From assembly GCA_039190745.1 (NCBI GenBank), contig JBCCXZ010000005.1, positions 1 through 64,000 on the forward strand: 64,000 bases of DNA. The letters run 5' to 3'. Source of the stretch: Planctomycetota bacterium. GTDB lineage: Bacteria > Planctomycetota > Planctomycetia > Pirellulales > Lacipirellulaceae. The notes below the pieces were generated by a model. The model had not been told where the DNA came from. It ran no database searches and saw nothing but the letters and a program-made list of their open reading frames with translations. The translations under genes were made by a program, and so were the position numbers. Shown here in pieces: positions 19,166 through 29,808 of this stretch; position 1 is the first letter of the stretch, and each line of letters opens with the position of its first letter.

Positions 19166-20503
19166 TCAGGCGAACAGCCCGACGGCTACGTCCATTACCT
19201 CATCCGCCACGAGCAGCACCACGGTGTCGCCAGCCAGGAGGCGTTCGTCGCCGCCGGGGACCTGGGCGAAGCCCTCGCGGACCACCGCGGCGATTAGACA
19301 CTGACGGGGCAACCCGAGCTGCGCGATCACGTGCTCGGTCGCGGCGGTCGACTCGCGGACATCGATCTCCAGCACGCTCAGGCCCGTGTCTTCGCCGAGC
19401 GGGCTCTGGGCGACGACCGGCCCGGTGGTGAGGTAGCCGAGCACCTGCTTGGCGACGACCTCTCGGGGACTAACAGCCAGGTCGATGCCGAGCTTGCCGA
19501 CCACCGCGGCGTAGTCGGGCCGGCCGACCAGCGAGATGATCGTCTCGGCGCCGATCTCGTTCGCCTCGACCGACGCCAGGATATTCTCTTCGTCGTCGCC
19601 CATGCACGCGACGAAGGCGTCGGCCGTGCCGACACGCTCTTCTTCCAGGTTGGCGTGCCGGGTCGCGTCGCGGTTGACGACCACGGTGTGCTCCAAGTGG
19701 CTGGCGAGGAACTCGCAGCGTTCGCGGTCTTGTTCGATGAGCGTCACGTTAAACCGCTGCCCCTCGAGGATGCCGGCGAGGTGGTAGCCCGTTTCGCCGC
19801 CCCCGGCGATCACGATCCCCAGTTGCTTCGGCTTGCCCGAGCGGAAAAGCTTCTTCACGCCTGCCAGGTCGCCGGTCTTGCCGATGAGGGTAATCCGATC
19901 GCCCTCGGCGATCACGTCCCCGGCGCCGGCGATGCGTGTGCTACCGTCGCGTCCCAGCGAACCGACCCGTACGCCCGATGGCAGGCCCAACTCCTTGAGC
20001 TGCACGCCGACCGCTTTGCTCTCCGGCTCGACAAGAACCTCGTGCACTTCGATCTCGCCGCGGGCCATGTTCTCTACCGCGACCGAACCGGGGTGGCGGA
20101 TGCCGCGGGCGATCTCCAACGCCGTGAGGTGTTCGAGGCTAAGCAGCCGATCGATGCCGAAGTGACGGCGGTAATCGAATGTGCTCAGGTCGCGGAACAC
20201 GGGCGCGTAAACGCGGGCGATCGCACGGCTCGCCCCCATGGCCTTCGACATGCTGGCGGCGACGATGTTCACCTCGTCGATGCCCGTAACAGCGAGCACC
20301 AGGTCGGCCGTGCCGACGCCCGCCTGGAACAGCACGCTGGACTGCGAGGCCGAACCTACGATGCAGCGGGCGTCGAGCGTCTCGTTAATCAGCCGCGTGT
20401 GCTCCGCGTCGGCGTCGACGACGGTCACGCTGTGCTTGTGGCTGCAGAGCAGTGCGGCGATCGAACCGCCGACCGTGCCCGACCCAAGGACCACAATTCT
20501 CAT
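19166..20503 (-). CDS. trkA: Trk potassium uptake NAD-binding subunit
   Basis: Two RCK_N/RCK_C pairs (GSGTVG, GGGETG), DEVNI / DEENI; adjacent to trkH. Confidence 0.95.
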   Translation of the reverse strand: MRIVVLGSGTVGGSIAALLCSHKHSVTVVDADAEHTRLINETLDARCIVGSASQSSVLFQAGVGTADLVLAVTGIDEVNIVAASMSKAMGASRAIARVYAPVFRDLSTFDYRRHFGIDRLLSLEHLTALEIARGIRHPGSVAVENMARGEIEVHEVLVEPESKAVGVQLKELGLPSGVRVGSLGRDGSTRIAGAGDVIAEGDRITLIGKTGDLAGVKKLFRSGKPKQLGIVIAGGGETGYHLAGILEGQRFNVTLIEQDRERCEFLASHLEHTVVVNRDATRHANLEEERVGTADAFVACMGDDEENILASVEANEIGAETIISLVGRPDYAAVVGKLGIDLAVSPREVVAKQVLGYLTTGPVVAQSPLGEDTGLSVLEIDVRESTAATEHVIAQLGLPRQCLIAAVVREGFAQVPGGDERLLAGDTVVLLVADEVMDVAVGLFA

Positions 20504-20616
20504 AGGGCTGACCGGGCGGGGCTCGAAGGGGAGCGGACCGGGACAAGCCGCGGCCGCGTAAAGCCCGAGATTCTAGGCCGCGCCCGCCCCGCTTGGAAGG
20601 CCGGCGGCTCTCCGGC

Positions 20617-22353
20617 CTACTCCACGGAGGCTTCGGCGTTCGGGGGACTTGCCGGTTGCTGCTCGCCGGTCTCAGCCTCAGAACCGCCCTCGGGCTCAGA
20701 GGCTTCTTGCTGAGAATCGTCCGCCACGTCTTCGTCCGCCCCGTCCTCCGACGATCCACCGATCTGAGGCAGTCCGCTGGGCGACGCTTCCTGCCGCGCC
20801 CGCCACGCGTCGATCGCAGCGGCCAGGTCACGCTCGGGGTCGTTGGCTTCGAGCACCTCCCACAGGGGGAACTTGTCGGCCAATTCGGGGTCGACAAGGC
20901 TCTTGTCGAGTTGGGCGAGCACTCTGGCGTAGGTCTTCACGAACTCGGCGATGTCCGCCCCAGTGGGGGAGTCAACCTCCAGCCCAGGGTTCTGCTCCAT
21001 CGCTTCGGCCCAGAGGTCGAAACCCTCCTCGAAGAGTTTTTTCGACCCCAGGAGGTCGGCGTCGTCAAGAAAAGCCCGGGTGGCGGCGTAGGAGAGCCGG
21101 TGGGCCTGACGGGCCTGCTCGGTCTGCTCAAACTCGCAGCGTGTCTTCCAATAGGCGAAGTTGGCCACATCGCGGTTGTTGCGGATCAGGAACAGCTTGC
21201 TCCGCTCTTGCGCCAGTCGCGAGCTGAGCTTGCGGACCTGGGCCATCGTATCGGGCCGCTTCTCGATGACGTACTCGGCGATCGCCTTGTCGTTGATGTT
21301 TAGCTTGTCCTCGCCGGATAGGGCGAGCTCGACCTCTTCCTCGCTGCGTTCCGCGTAGTCCTTCTCCATCGCGGCCCGCTCTTCCTCGGTGAGCGTGGCG
21401 CGCCGGATCTCCAACAACTCGGCCTCGACGCCGGGGGAGAGCGCGTCGAAGTCGGCCTGAAGTTTGTCGACAAGCTCCTGCTGCTTATCGAGGCCGTTCA
21501 TGCTAATCAGGAAGCCGCGCGACGACTTGAACTGGCGGTTGCCGAAGTCCTCCCACATCTCGCCCGCGAGCTCCCAGGCACGCTCGGAGATGCGTGTGAA
21601 GACGCCCTCTTTCTGGATCGCCTCGCCGTAGTTCATCTGCGAACGCGGCGGGTCGGCGAAGAACGTGGCCGGGTTCTTCTTGCCCATCGACTTGCGGCCG
21701 GAGTCGACCACGTCGACCGCTTCCTGGTACCAGGTTTTCGAGACCAGCCAGTTGTCGCGCTGCTCGGTGGGGCGGTCTTCCGGGTGGTAGTCGTCGTCGG
21801 CGCGGAACAGCCTGCGGTAGACCTTCTGCTCGTCGGCCCGGCCGACCTTGTTGCCGATGAACCAACCCAGCTCGGCCAGCAGGTAGGGGCTGTCTCGGTT
21901 GTACTTCGTGCCTTCCTTGAGGAACTCGATCCCGCGGCGCACGTAGTAGTAGCGGTCGCGCACGTCGTCGAGTTCCACGGAGACGTTGTAGGTGAGGTTC
22001 CACGCCTGGTAGCGCCAGAACGTGATGAAGTAAGGCTGCAGCTTGGCGAGCTGCGTGAGGGTGGCCCGGTAGTTGGTCCAGTCCTCGCGTTTCTTGTAGT
22101 CGTTGCCCTTCGACCAGAGCATCGAGACCGCGATGCCCCGGAGGCCGAGCGTCGCCAGCCGGATCGTTTCGCTGGCGGGGTCGATCTCCCCAAGGTCAGA
22201 CTGGCCGAGGTCGTAGTCGGCGCGGATCTTGGCGAGCGTCCCGCCCTCTTCCTGCCGGGTGGAGGGGTTGCCCAGCTGCGCGATCGGGAACAACAGCACC
22301 CCCGCCGCCAGCAGGTAGGCCATCTTGCGGTACAGGCTGCGGCGTTCGTTCAT
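20617..22353 (-). CDS. Membrane-anchored helical hypothetical protein, ABC-exporter accessory
   Basis: N-terminal TM; LGLRGIA..LW, WRYQAWNLTYN.SVE.DD motifs; overlaps the permease stop (ATGA). Confidence 0.75.
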   Translation of the reverse strand: MNERRSLYRKMAYLLAAGVLLFPIAQLGNPSTRQEEGGTLAKIRADYDLGQSDLGEIDPASETIRLATLGLRGIAVSMLWSKGNDYKKREDWTNYRATLTQLAKLQPYFITFWRYQAWNLTYNVSVELDDVRDRYYYVRRGIEFLKEGTKYNRDSPYLLAELGWFIGNKVGRADEQKVYRRLFRADDDYHPEDRPTEQRDNWLVSKTWYQEAVDVVDSGRKSMGKKNPATFFADPPRSQMNYGEAIQKEGVFTRISERAWELAGEMWEDFGNRQFKSSRGFLISMNGLDKQQELVDKLQADFDALSPGVEAELLEIRRATLTEEERAAMEKDYAERSEEEVELALSGEDKLNINDKAIAEYVIEKRPDTMAQVRKLSSRLAQERSKLFLIRNNRDVANFAYWKTRCEFEQTEQARQAHRLSYAATRAFLDDADLLGSKKLFEEGFDLWAEAMEQNPGLEVDSPTGADIAEFVKTYARVLAQLDKSLVDPELADKFPLWEVLEANDPERDLAAAIDAWRARQEASPSGLPQIGGSSEDGADEDVADDSQQEASEPEGGSEAETGEQQPASPPNAEASVE

Positions 22354-24170
22354 TTGGCCACCTCACGGGTGCGGAGCAGGAAGTAGCCCACGACCGCCGT
22401 CCCGGCCACGTAGGCCAGACAGATCGTCAGGTCTTGCAGCACGCGGTCGGGCGGAACGTTGAACCCGTAGGCCGCGAACCCGACCGTGCTGAACGACGAG
22501 AAGTCTGGCAGAACTTGCGCAATCGCCAGCATGAACAGCTTCAGGACCGAGTCGACCGACTGGATGAACGTGGCGCCGGCGCCCGGGTCGAGGTCGGTGA
22601 TGATGTTCTTCTGAGTCAGCAGCCGGTAGAGCGATTCCACCGGCCCGCCGCCGTACTCCGTGCCCGTCGCGACGCCCTCGAAGAAGTCTTTGAAGAAGCC
22701 CAGCAGGATGAACGAGACCGTGAACAGCATCGCCACGGGGCCGTTGAGCAGCGTGCTCGCCGAGACGCCGATGGCCACCACGATCACCATCTGCACCCAG
22801 ATGCTGGAGTACACCTTCACCAGGTTCCACGCCGGCGAGGCGTCGGGCAAGCGGATGTAGCAGTCGGGCTGGGCAAAGCCGAAGTACTGGCCTCGCTCCA
22901 GGCACTGCACGATCAGCTCCATCCGGCCGCCCTTCTCGGTGACAATGTCGTCGAACAGGTCGATCGGCTCGTTCTCGGTGCTGGTCAGCTTCCGGGGGAT
23001 GTTCTGCTCGTCGACCTGAGCGTCGAGCGCCTCGAAGGGGTACAGCTCACTGGTAAGACCCGTCTCCGGGTTGCGGACCTGGATGCCGCCGGTGATGGCC
23101 TTGCCGATGATGCCCTTGTGCGTCTTGAACACGCGGACGATCAGCCCCACGGGCAGCTGCTCGCCCGACTCCGTCTCGATCACCTGCGATGCGTCCAGAC
23201 CGCGGAACGTCCAAATCGCCGCGGCCTGCGAGTTGCCCTCAATGAAGCTGCGGTAAGTCCATTCACTGCCGACGCTGATGCCCCGTTCTTTGTCGACGCC
23301 CTTGCGGTCGAGGTAGCGGAGCTTGCCGTAGAGCGGCTGCCTCGCTCGGAGCAGGCCCTGCGAACTGCTCACCACGGGCCCGTCTTCGCCCTCGATCGTG
23401 TGGTAGTGCCCGTTCTCAACGATCGCCGTTCCGGACTTTTCTGAGCCGAGGTCGATCGTATGGCGGTGGTAGAGGTCGCGGGTGGTGCGGCCCTCGTAGC
23501 CGATCACTTCGCCGCCGGGACCTTCGATGCGGCGCAGGTTTGCTGCATCGATCTCGTGCGCGTGGCTCAGCGACCGGATTACGAACACGTAGCTCGAAAG
23601 GGCCATGATCAGCAGCATCACCGTGCCCAAGAGCGAAAAACCGAGGATGCGCCCCAGCACGATCTCGCCCGAACGCACCGGCTTGGTGACCACCGTGTAG
23701 ATGGTCTTGGTTTTGAAGTCGGTCGGCAGGCTGAAGGCGCTGAGCACTAACGCAATGCCGAGCATCAGGTAGGTGGTCGCCGTGAGGACGAAGCTCATAT
23801 ACAGCTTCGTCGGGTCTTTGTGGTCGGCTTTGAGGAACCAGCTCGCAAAGAGCAGGATGACCAGAAAGACGATCAGCGCGACGACCACCCGGCGGCGGAG
23901 CGCCTCTTTGATCGCCAGCCTGGCGAGCGCCCAGATCCTCCGGCCCGACAGGTGCGTCATCTCACGGAAACCGGCGGTTAGCGTGCGGTAAACGCGGTCG
24001 CCCCCGCCAAGAGGGCCGTGCCGAGCGGCCGAGATGGCAAACCCCAACAGCAAGCCCAGCACGAGCAGCGCGAACACGATCACAAAGAACCAGGGGATCG
24101 CGCCGATCGAACCCTCCGGTCCGCCGGTCAGCCACTGCAGGTAGGGGAGAATCTCTTCTTCGAGAACCAT
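22350..24170 (-). CDS. ABC-2-type transporter permease with large extracytoplasmic domain
   Basis: Multiple TMs; TIYTVVTKPVRSGEIVLGRILG; C-terminal GYFLLRTREVAK. Confidence 0.85.
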   Translation of the reverse strand: MVLEEEILPYLQWLTGGPEGSIGAIPWFFVIVFALLVLGLLLGFAISAARHGPLGGGDRVYRTLTAGFREMTHLSGRRIWALARLAIKEALRRRVVVALIVFLVILLFASWFLKADHKDPTKLYMSFVLTATTYLMLGIALVLSAFSLPTDFKTKTIYTVVTKPVRSGEIVLGRILGFSLLGTVMLLIMALSSYVFVIRSLSHAHEIDAANLRRIEGPGGEVIGYEGRTTRDLYHRHTIDLGSEKSGTAIVENGHYHTIEGEDGPVVSSSQGLLRARQPLYGKLRYLDRKGVDKERGISVGSEWTYRSFIEGNSQAAAIWTFRGLDASQVIETESGEQLPVGLIVRVFKTHKGIIGKAITGGIQVRNPETGLTSELYPFEALDAQVDEQNIPRKLTSTENEPIDLFDDIVTEKGGRMELIVQCLERGQYFGFAQPDCYIRLPDASPAWNLVKVYSSIWVQMVIVVAIGVSASTLLNGPVAMLFTVSFILLGFFKDFFEGVATGTEYGGGPVESLYRLLTQKNIITDLDPGAGATFIQSVDSVLKLFMLAIAQVLPDFSSFSTVGFAAYGFNVPPDRVLQDLTICLAYVAGTAVVGYFLLRTREVAK

Positions 24171-24229
24171 GGGTCGCTTCGGTCAGGACGCTTGTGTCAG
24201 AACGGGTGCGCTGCTGGAGAGTCGATCAA

Positions 24230-25147
24230 TCAGCCCTGGCCTTCGCCGCCAGCGGCCTGGACCGGCTCGGCCGGCTGGGCGCGGCGCCCGGGCCGGGCTG
24301 CGCTGTCGCGGACGATCTCCAGAAACAGCTCTTCGAGCGTCGTCGTCGGGTTGGAAAGGTCCTGCAGCTCGCCGCCGTGACGTGAGATCACGTCCCGCAG
24401 TTCGTTCTTGCAGTCTTCCGAGAGGCCCTTCGCGCGGATCTGGGTGACGTCTTCGATGGTGAGCAACTCGTCCACGCGGCCGAGTTCCTTGAGTTCGCCC
24501 TGGTGGAGGATGGCAATCCGGTCGCAGACGTCTTGCACGTCGGCCAGGAGGTGGCTGCACATGATGACCGTCTTCCCCTGCTCCTTCAGTCGAAGGATCA
24601 TGTCCTTCATCTCGCGGGTGCCGATCGGGTCGAGGCCGCTGGTCGGCTCATCGAGCAAGATGAGGTCGGGGTCGTTGATCAGAGCCTGCGCCAGGCCGAT
24701 CCGCCGCGTCATGCCCTTGGAGTACTCCTGCAGCTGCCGCTTGCGGGCACGGTCGAGCCCGACCAGCTTGATCAACGAGTCGATCCGCTCGGTCCGCTGC
24801 TCCGCCGGCATGTCGAACAGCCGGGCATAAAAGTCGAGCGTTTCTTCGGCATTGAGGAACTTGTACAGGTACGATTCTTCCGGCAAGTACCCGAGCCGGT
24901 CGTTCTTGCTGACGTCCGAGGCGCTCTTGCCGAACACCAGGGCGTCGCCCTCGGTCGGGAAGAGCAGTCCGAGGATGAGCTTGATCGTCGTGGTCTTGCC
25001 AGAGCCGTTGGGGCCCAACAGGCCAAAGACCTCGCCCTTGTACACCTCTAGGTCGAGCGCCTTGAGGGCCCGCACCTTCTGGCGGCCCCAGAAATCGCGG
25101 TAAACCTTTGCCAGAGAACGGGTTTGAACTACTGCTTCTTGCGACAT
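24230..25147 (-). CDS. ABC transporter ATP-binding protein
   Basis: [14 protein letters not shown] signature, [14 protein letters not shown] loop. Start ATG 25147 or TTG 25159. Confidence 0.95.
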   Translation of the reverse strand: MSQEAVVQTRSLAKVYRDFWGRQKVRALKALDLEVYKGEVFGLLGPNGSGKTTTIKLILGLLFPTEGDALVFGKSASDVSKNDRLGYLPEESYLYKFLNAEETLDFYARLFDMPAEQRTERIDSLIKLVGLDRARKRQLQEYSKGMTRRIGLAQALINDPDLILLDEPTSGLDPIGTREMKDMILRLKEQGKTVIMCSHLLADVQDVCDRIAILHQGELKELGRVDELLTIEDVTQIRAKGLSEDCKNELRDVISRHGGELQDLSNPTTTLEELFLEIVRDSAARPGRRAQPAEPVQAAGGEGQG

Positions 25148-25520
25148 CGACTCAGACAAGGGCGAAATAGAGATGCGGGAGAAAGCCGTCTACGAGCAGC
25201 AACTAGTGCGATCCGATCGAAAAGCCTAATTGCATGAAACGACAGTACGCTAGCAGCAGGCGGCCGGTTCGCGGCTTCACAGTCAGTCGTCGCCGGCGGC
25301 TGTAACCTAAGCCGGGCAGTATAGTTTCGGCCATCCTTTACAACAAGCGGCGAGGGTGGTCTCGCTCACAATCCAAGGTCTCGGCGGCAAGCCGGCCGCA
25401 CAAAAAGGCGTTACGCTCGCAGAAGCAGCGCTGGCCCCGCCGCAACATGGCGTTGACCTAGGTCAGACCGCCAATAAAATGTTGCGGCCCATCACTTTAC
25501 GGCTCGAACAGACAGCACGG

Positions 25521-27116
25521 ATGACCAACTCCGCCACCGATATCAGCCCCGAAACGGGCCAAGACCCCACCAAAACGATGTCGCTCGAAGACGTGCGCCG
25601 CGAGAAGCTGAAGAACCTCGCCGACCTCGGCATCGACCCCTGGGGCCAACGGTTCGACGACCGCGACTTCATAGGAACGATCCGCGCCCGCAGCGGCGAG
25701 ATCGTCCTCAGAAAAGAAGACGGTGAGACAGTCCCCCTCCCCCATTGGGACGACCTGCCCGACGATTTCAACCTCCGGCAATGGAAGTCCGACCAAGGCG
25801 GCAAGGAGCTCATTGGCCCCGAGGTGCGTGCCGCCGGCCGCATCATACTCCACCGCGACAAGGGCAAGCTGCACTTCATCGACATCCAAGACATGACCGG
25901 CCGCGTCCAGTTAATGGTCGGCAAGAAGCAGGTCGGCGACGATTGGCAGATTGTCGAGCAGCTCGACCTGGGCGACATCATCGGCGTCGACGGCACGCTC
26001 GTCCGCTCGAACACCGGCGAACTGTCGATCTCCGCCAAGCGGGTCCACTTCCTCACCAAGTCGATCGAGACCCCGCCCGAGAAGCACCACGGACTGACCG
26101 ACCCCGAACTACGCCAACGCCAGCGGTACCTCGACCTCACCTACACCGAGGGCGTCACCGAGCGGTTCCTCAACCGCACGCGCATCGTCCGCTCGATCCG
26201 CGAGACGCTCAACTCGCAGGGCTTTGTCGAGGTCGAGGGACCGACGCTGCACAGCATCGCCGGCGGAGCCGCGGCCAGGCCGTTCACAACCCATCACAAC
26301 GCGCTCGACATCGACCTCTACCTCCGCATCGCGCTCGAGCTGCACCTCAAGCGTTTAATGGTCGGCGGCATTGAGCGCGTCTATGAGCTCGGCCGCGTCT
26401 ACCGCAACGAGGGCATCAGCCCCAAGCACAACCCCGAGTTCACCATGCTGGAGGTCTACCAGGCCTTCGGCGACTACCGCACGATGATGGACCTCACCGA
26501 GGCCTGCATCTGCAACGCGATCGAGGCCACGGGCCAGCCGTTCCAGCTGCCGTGGGGCGAGAAAACCATCGACTTCTCGCCGCCGTTCCAGCGACGCACC
26601 TACGCCGAGCTGTTCCAGGAGCACGCGGGCGTGGCGGCAGACGACGAGGCGGCGGTGGCGAAGCTCGCCGCGTCGCTCGGCATCGAGACCGAAGGCCGGC
26701 ACCCGGACGTCGTGAAGAACGACGTGTTCGAAGAGAAGGTCGAAGACGCCCTGTCGGGGCCGATCTTCGTGATCGACTACCCGGCCAGCATCTGCCCGCT
26801 CACCAAGCGGAAGGCAGACAACCCGGCGATCGCCGAGCGGTTCGAGCTGTTCATCGACGGCATGGAATTGGCCAACGCCTACACCGAGCTGAACGACCCC
26901 GACCTGCAGGAAGAGCTGTTCCGCAAGCAGCTCGACGGCCTGAGCGAAGAGGACTCGATGGCCAAAATGGACGACGACTTCGTCCGCGCCCTCCGCCACG
27001 GCATGCCCCCCGCGGGCGGCCTGGGCATCGGCATCGACCGCTTGGTGATGCTGCTCACCAACACGCAGACCATCCGCGACGTGATCCTGTTCCCACTGCT
27101 CAGGCCCGAGAACTGA
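25521..27116 (+). CDS. lysS: Lysine--tRNA ligase (class II)
   Basis: GGAAARPFTTHHNALD, YLRIALELHLKRL, YRNEGI..KHNPEFTMLE, GMPPAGGLGIGIDRL. Start 25521 or 25578. Confidence 0.97.
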   Translation: MTNSATDISPETGQDPTKTMSLEDVRREKLKNLADLGIDPWGQRFDDRDFIGTIRARSGEIVLRKEDGETVPLPHWDDLPDDFNLRQWKSDQGGKELIGPEVRAAGRIILHRDKGKLHFIDIQDMTGRVQLMVGKKQVGDDWQIVEQLDLGDIIGVDGTLVRSNTGELSISAKRVHFLTKSIETPPEKHHGLTDPELRQRQRYLDLTYTEGVTERFLNRTRIVRSIRETLNSQGFVEVEGPTLHSIAGGAAARPFTTHHNALDIDLYLRIALELHLKRLMVGGIERVYELGRVYRNEGISPKHNPEFTMLEVYQAFGDYRTMMDLTEACICNAIEATGQPFQLPWGEKTIDFSPPFQRRTYAELFQEHAGVAADDEAAVAKLAASLGIETEGRHPDVVKNDVFEEKVEDALSGPIFVIDYPASICPLTKRKADNPAIAERFELFIDGMELANAYTELNDPDLQEELFRKQLDGLSEEDSMAKMDDDFVRALRHGMPPAGGLGIGIDRLVMLLTNTQTIRDVILFPLLRPEN

Positions 27117-27159
27117 TCGCACAAAAAGCACCCCAAAGGCAACGGACGGCCGCTTTCTC

Positions 27160-27194
27160 AGATCTTCAATCTGCAATCTTAGATCTTCGATCCA
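27160..27194. repeat. Degenerate heptamer tandem repeat (5 units)
   Basis: AGATCTT CAATCTG CAATCTT AGATCTT CGATCCA between lysS and the lolC/E-like gene. Confidence 0.7.
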
Positions 27195-27213
27195 TTCCCA
27201 AGGACGGGAAACC

Positions 27214-28737
27214 ATGTACAAGCTGCTCCTCTGCTGGCGTTACCTCCGCACGCGCTACATCGCGCTGGTCTGCATCGTGAGCGTCACGCTCGGCGTTGCG
27301 ACCATGATCGTCGTCAACAGCGTGATGGCCGGGTTCTCGCACGAGATGCAGAACCGCCTGAACGGCATGCTCGGCGACATCGTCCTCCGCAGCCGCTCGA
27401 TGGACGGCGTGGCCGACCCGCTGGCCCACATGCAGAAGATCAAGAACGTGGCCGGCGCCGACGTGGTCGGCATGTCGCCCACCGTGCACGTGCCGGCGCT
27501 CATGTACCTGCAGGTGGGCGACCAGGCGCTCACCCGCCAGGTCACCCTGGTGGGAATCGACAAGGACACGTACGCCTCGGTCAGCAAGTTCGGCGGCTAC
27601 TTGCAGCACCCGAAGAACCGCGAGCAACTCGAGTTCACCGTCCGCGACGGCGGCTACGACGTTTACGACCAACAGACCCCCGTCGCCGAACAGAAGCACC
27701 CCCGCAACGCGATGAAGACCGCCGGTTGGCCGTACCGCCGCTACAAGGCCCGGCTGAAAGCCCAGAAGGAGCGCATCGCCCAGCACGCCGCCGCGCTGGA
27801 AACCTCCGCTAACCCGTTCCAGAACGGCCCGGCCGAGGTTGCAGAGCCCGCCGAAGGCGAGCACTTCGATCCGGCCGTCGAGCAGCACACCGGCATCGTG
27901 CTCGGCATCGGCGTCTGCGGCTACCGGACTTCCGACGGGGCCGATCATTTCATCGCCCTCCCCGGCGACGACGTGCGGGTGAGCTTCCCCAAAGCGACGC
28001 TCCCCCCCGAGGCGATCAGCGAGTTCTACACGGTGGTCGACATCTACGAGAGCAAGATGAGCGAGTACGACACGCAGTTCGTGTTCGTGCCGATCACCGC
28101 GTTGCAGCAGAGCCGGGGGATGGTCGACCCCGAGACCGGCATCGGCAAATTCACCGCCATCCAAGTCAAACTCCGCGAAGGCGCCGATCCCAACGCGGTC
28201 CGCGATCGGCTCGCCGAGGCGTTCCCGTCGCAGCTGTACTCGGTCACCACCTGGCGCGACGAACAAGGCCCGTTGCTGGCGGCCGTGCAGATGGAGACCG
28301 CGGTGCTGAATGTGCTGCTGTTCCTGATCATCGCCGTCGCAGGCTTCGGAATCCTCGCCATCTTCTTCATGATCGTCGTGGAGAAAACCCGCGACATCGG
28401 CATCCTCAAATCGCTCGGGGCTTCGTGGCAGGGCGTGATGGGCATCTTCCTTTCCTACGGGCTCTGCCTCGGCGTCGTCGGCGCAGGCGTCGGCACGTTG
28501 CTGGGTCTCTCGTTCGTGTGGAACATCAACGAGATCGCCGACGCCCTCGGGCGCCTCACCGGCACGCCGGTCTTCGACCCGTCGGTGTACTACTTCTACA
28601 AGATCCCCACGATCATCGAGCCGTTTACCGTCACCTGGATCACCGCCGGCGCCGTGGCGATCGCGGTCGCCGCGAGCGTGCTGCCCGCCTGGCGTGCGGC
28701 GCGGCTCCACCCGGTGCGTGCGTTGCGTTTCGAGTAG
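27214..28737 (+). CDS. LolC/LolE-family lipoprotein-releasing ABC permease
   Basis: SVTLGVATMIVVNSVMAGF; MIVVEKTRDIGILKSLGAS; PAWRAARLHPVRALRFE. Confidence 0.9.
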   Translation: MYKLLLCWRYLRTRYIALVCIVSVTLGVATMIVVNSVMAGFSHEMQNRLNGMLGDIVLRSRSMDGVADPLAHMQKIKNVAGADVVGMSPTVHVPALMYLQVGDQALTRQVTLVGIDKDTYASVSKFGGYLQHPKNREQLEFTVRDGGYDVYDQQTPVAEQKHPRNAMKTAGWPYRRYKARLKAQKERIAQHAAALETSANPFQNGPAEVAEPAEGEHFDPAVEQHTGIVLGIGVCGYRTSDGADHFIALPGDDVRVSFPKATLPPEAISEFYTVVDIYESKMSEYDTQFVFVPITALQQSRGMVDPETGIGKFTAIQVKLREGADPNAVRDRLAEAFPSQLYSVTTWRDEQGPLLAAVQMETAVLNVLLFLIIAVAGFGILAIFFMIVVEKTRDIGILKSLGASWQGVMGIFLSYGLCLGVVGAGVGTLLGLSFVWNINEIADALGRLTGTPVFDPSVYYFYKIPTIIEPFTVTWITAGAVAIAVAASVLPAWRAARLHPVRALRFE

Positions 28738-28800
28738 AAGGGTTTCGAGTAGTCGTCGCAGCTTCAACGCAACGTTCCCCAAAGACACCAAGGCCTCCCC

Positions 28801-29580
28801 ATGAGCCAAGCCGCCCTGCAAACCGGCACGCCCCCCTCACCTACCGGGTCGACCGGCCCCCGCCTCGCGGCGCTCGGCGATACGCAGCCGGCCGTGCTCG
28901 AAGCCCGCGGGCTGTTCAAGAGCTACCGCCGCGGCGCCGTCGGCACGCCCGTGCTCCAGGGAATCGACCTCTCGATTCGCAAGGGAGAGTTCCTCTCGAT
29001 CGTCGGCCCCAGCGGCTGCGGCAAGAGCACGCTGCTGCACCTGCTCGGCACGCTCGACGCGCCCGAAGCGGGCGAAGTGCACTTCGACGGGCACCGCATC
29101 GACAACCTGCCCACCAGCAGCCGCGACCTGCTCCGCAACCGCTACTTCGGGATGATCTTCCAGTTCTACCACCTGCTGCCCGAGCTCTCGGTGCTGGAGA
29201 ACGTGCTCGCGCCGGCGCTCATCTGCGACGGCACGCTCAAGTACCTCCGCACCCGCCGAGCCCACCGTCGGCGGGCAACCGAACTCCTGGAATTGGTCGG
29301 CCTCACCCACCGCCTGAAACACAAGCCCCGCGAACTTTCCGGCGGCGAGATGCAGCGGGCGGCCATCGCCCGGTCGCTGCTGATGGAGCCCTCGCTCCTG
29401 CTGGCAGACGAACCCACCGGCAACCTTGACCGGGAGGCCGGCGAGCAAGTTATGGCCATGCTCGGCGAGTTGAAGGCCCGCGAGAACCTCACTATAGTCA
29501 TGGTCACGCACGACCCCTGGATCGCCGAGCAGGCCGACCGCGTGGTGCGGCTAGAGGCCGGGCGGATCAAGACGGGCTGA
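28801..29580 (+). CDS. lolD: LolD-like ABC ATPase
   Basis: GPSGCGKSTLL, FQFYHLLPELS, LSGGEMQR, LADEPTGNLD; follows lolC/E. Confidence 0.88.
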   Translation: MSQAALQTGTPPSPTGSTGPRLAALGDTQPAVLEARGLFKSYRRGAVGTPVLQGIDLSIRKGEFLSIVGPSGCGKSTLLHLLGTLDAPEAGEVHFDGHRIDNLPTSSRDLLRNRYFGMIFQFYHLLPELSVLENVLAPALICDGTLKYLRTRRAHRRRATELLELVGLTHRLKHKPRELSGGEMQRAAIARSLLMEPSLLLADEPTGNLDREAGEQVMAMLGELKARENLTIVMVTHDPWIAEQADRVVRLEAGRIKTG

Positions 29581-29808
29581 GCAGTCGGCCGACTGGTCCT
29601 CGGGCGGGCCGATGAACGGGCTCGTTCCTCAACGGCTCTCTTGCCGAACCCCCGCCTGCTTGGGCGGGTCTCTGCTTGGCGAGGAACCTGTGGCAACCTA
29701 ACTACAGAAGCCCGCAGGAGTGTGCGCAAGATGGCAGCCAGCAGCCCGATCGCAGCGGCCCTCGCGTCCTACGAAGACGCCGGCCGCGCCCCCCAACAAG
29801 AGAACCGC

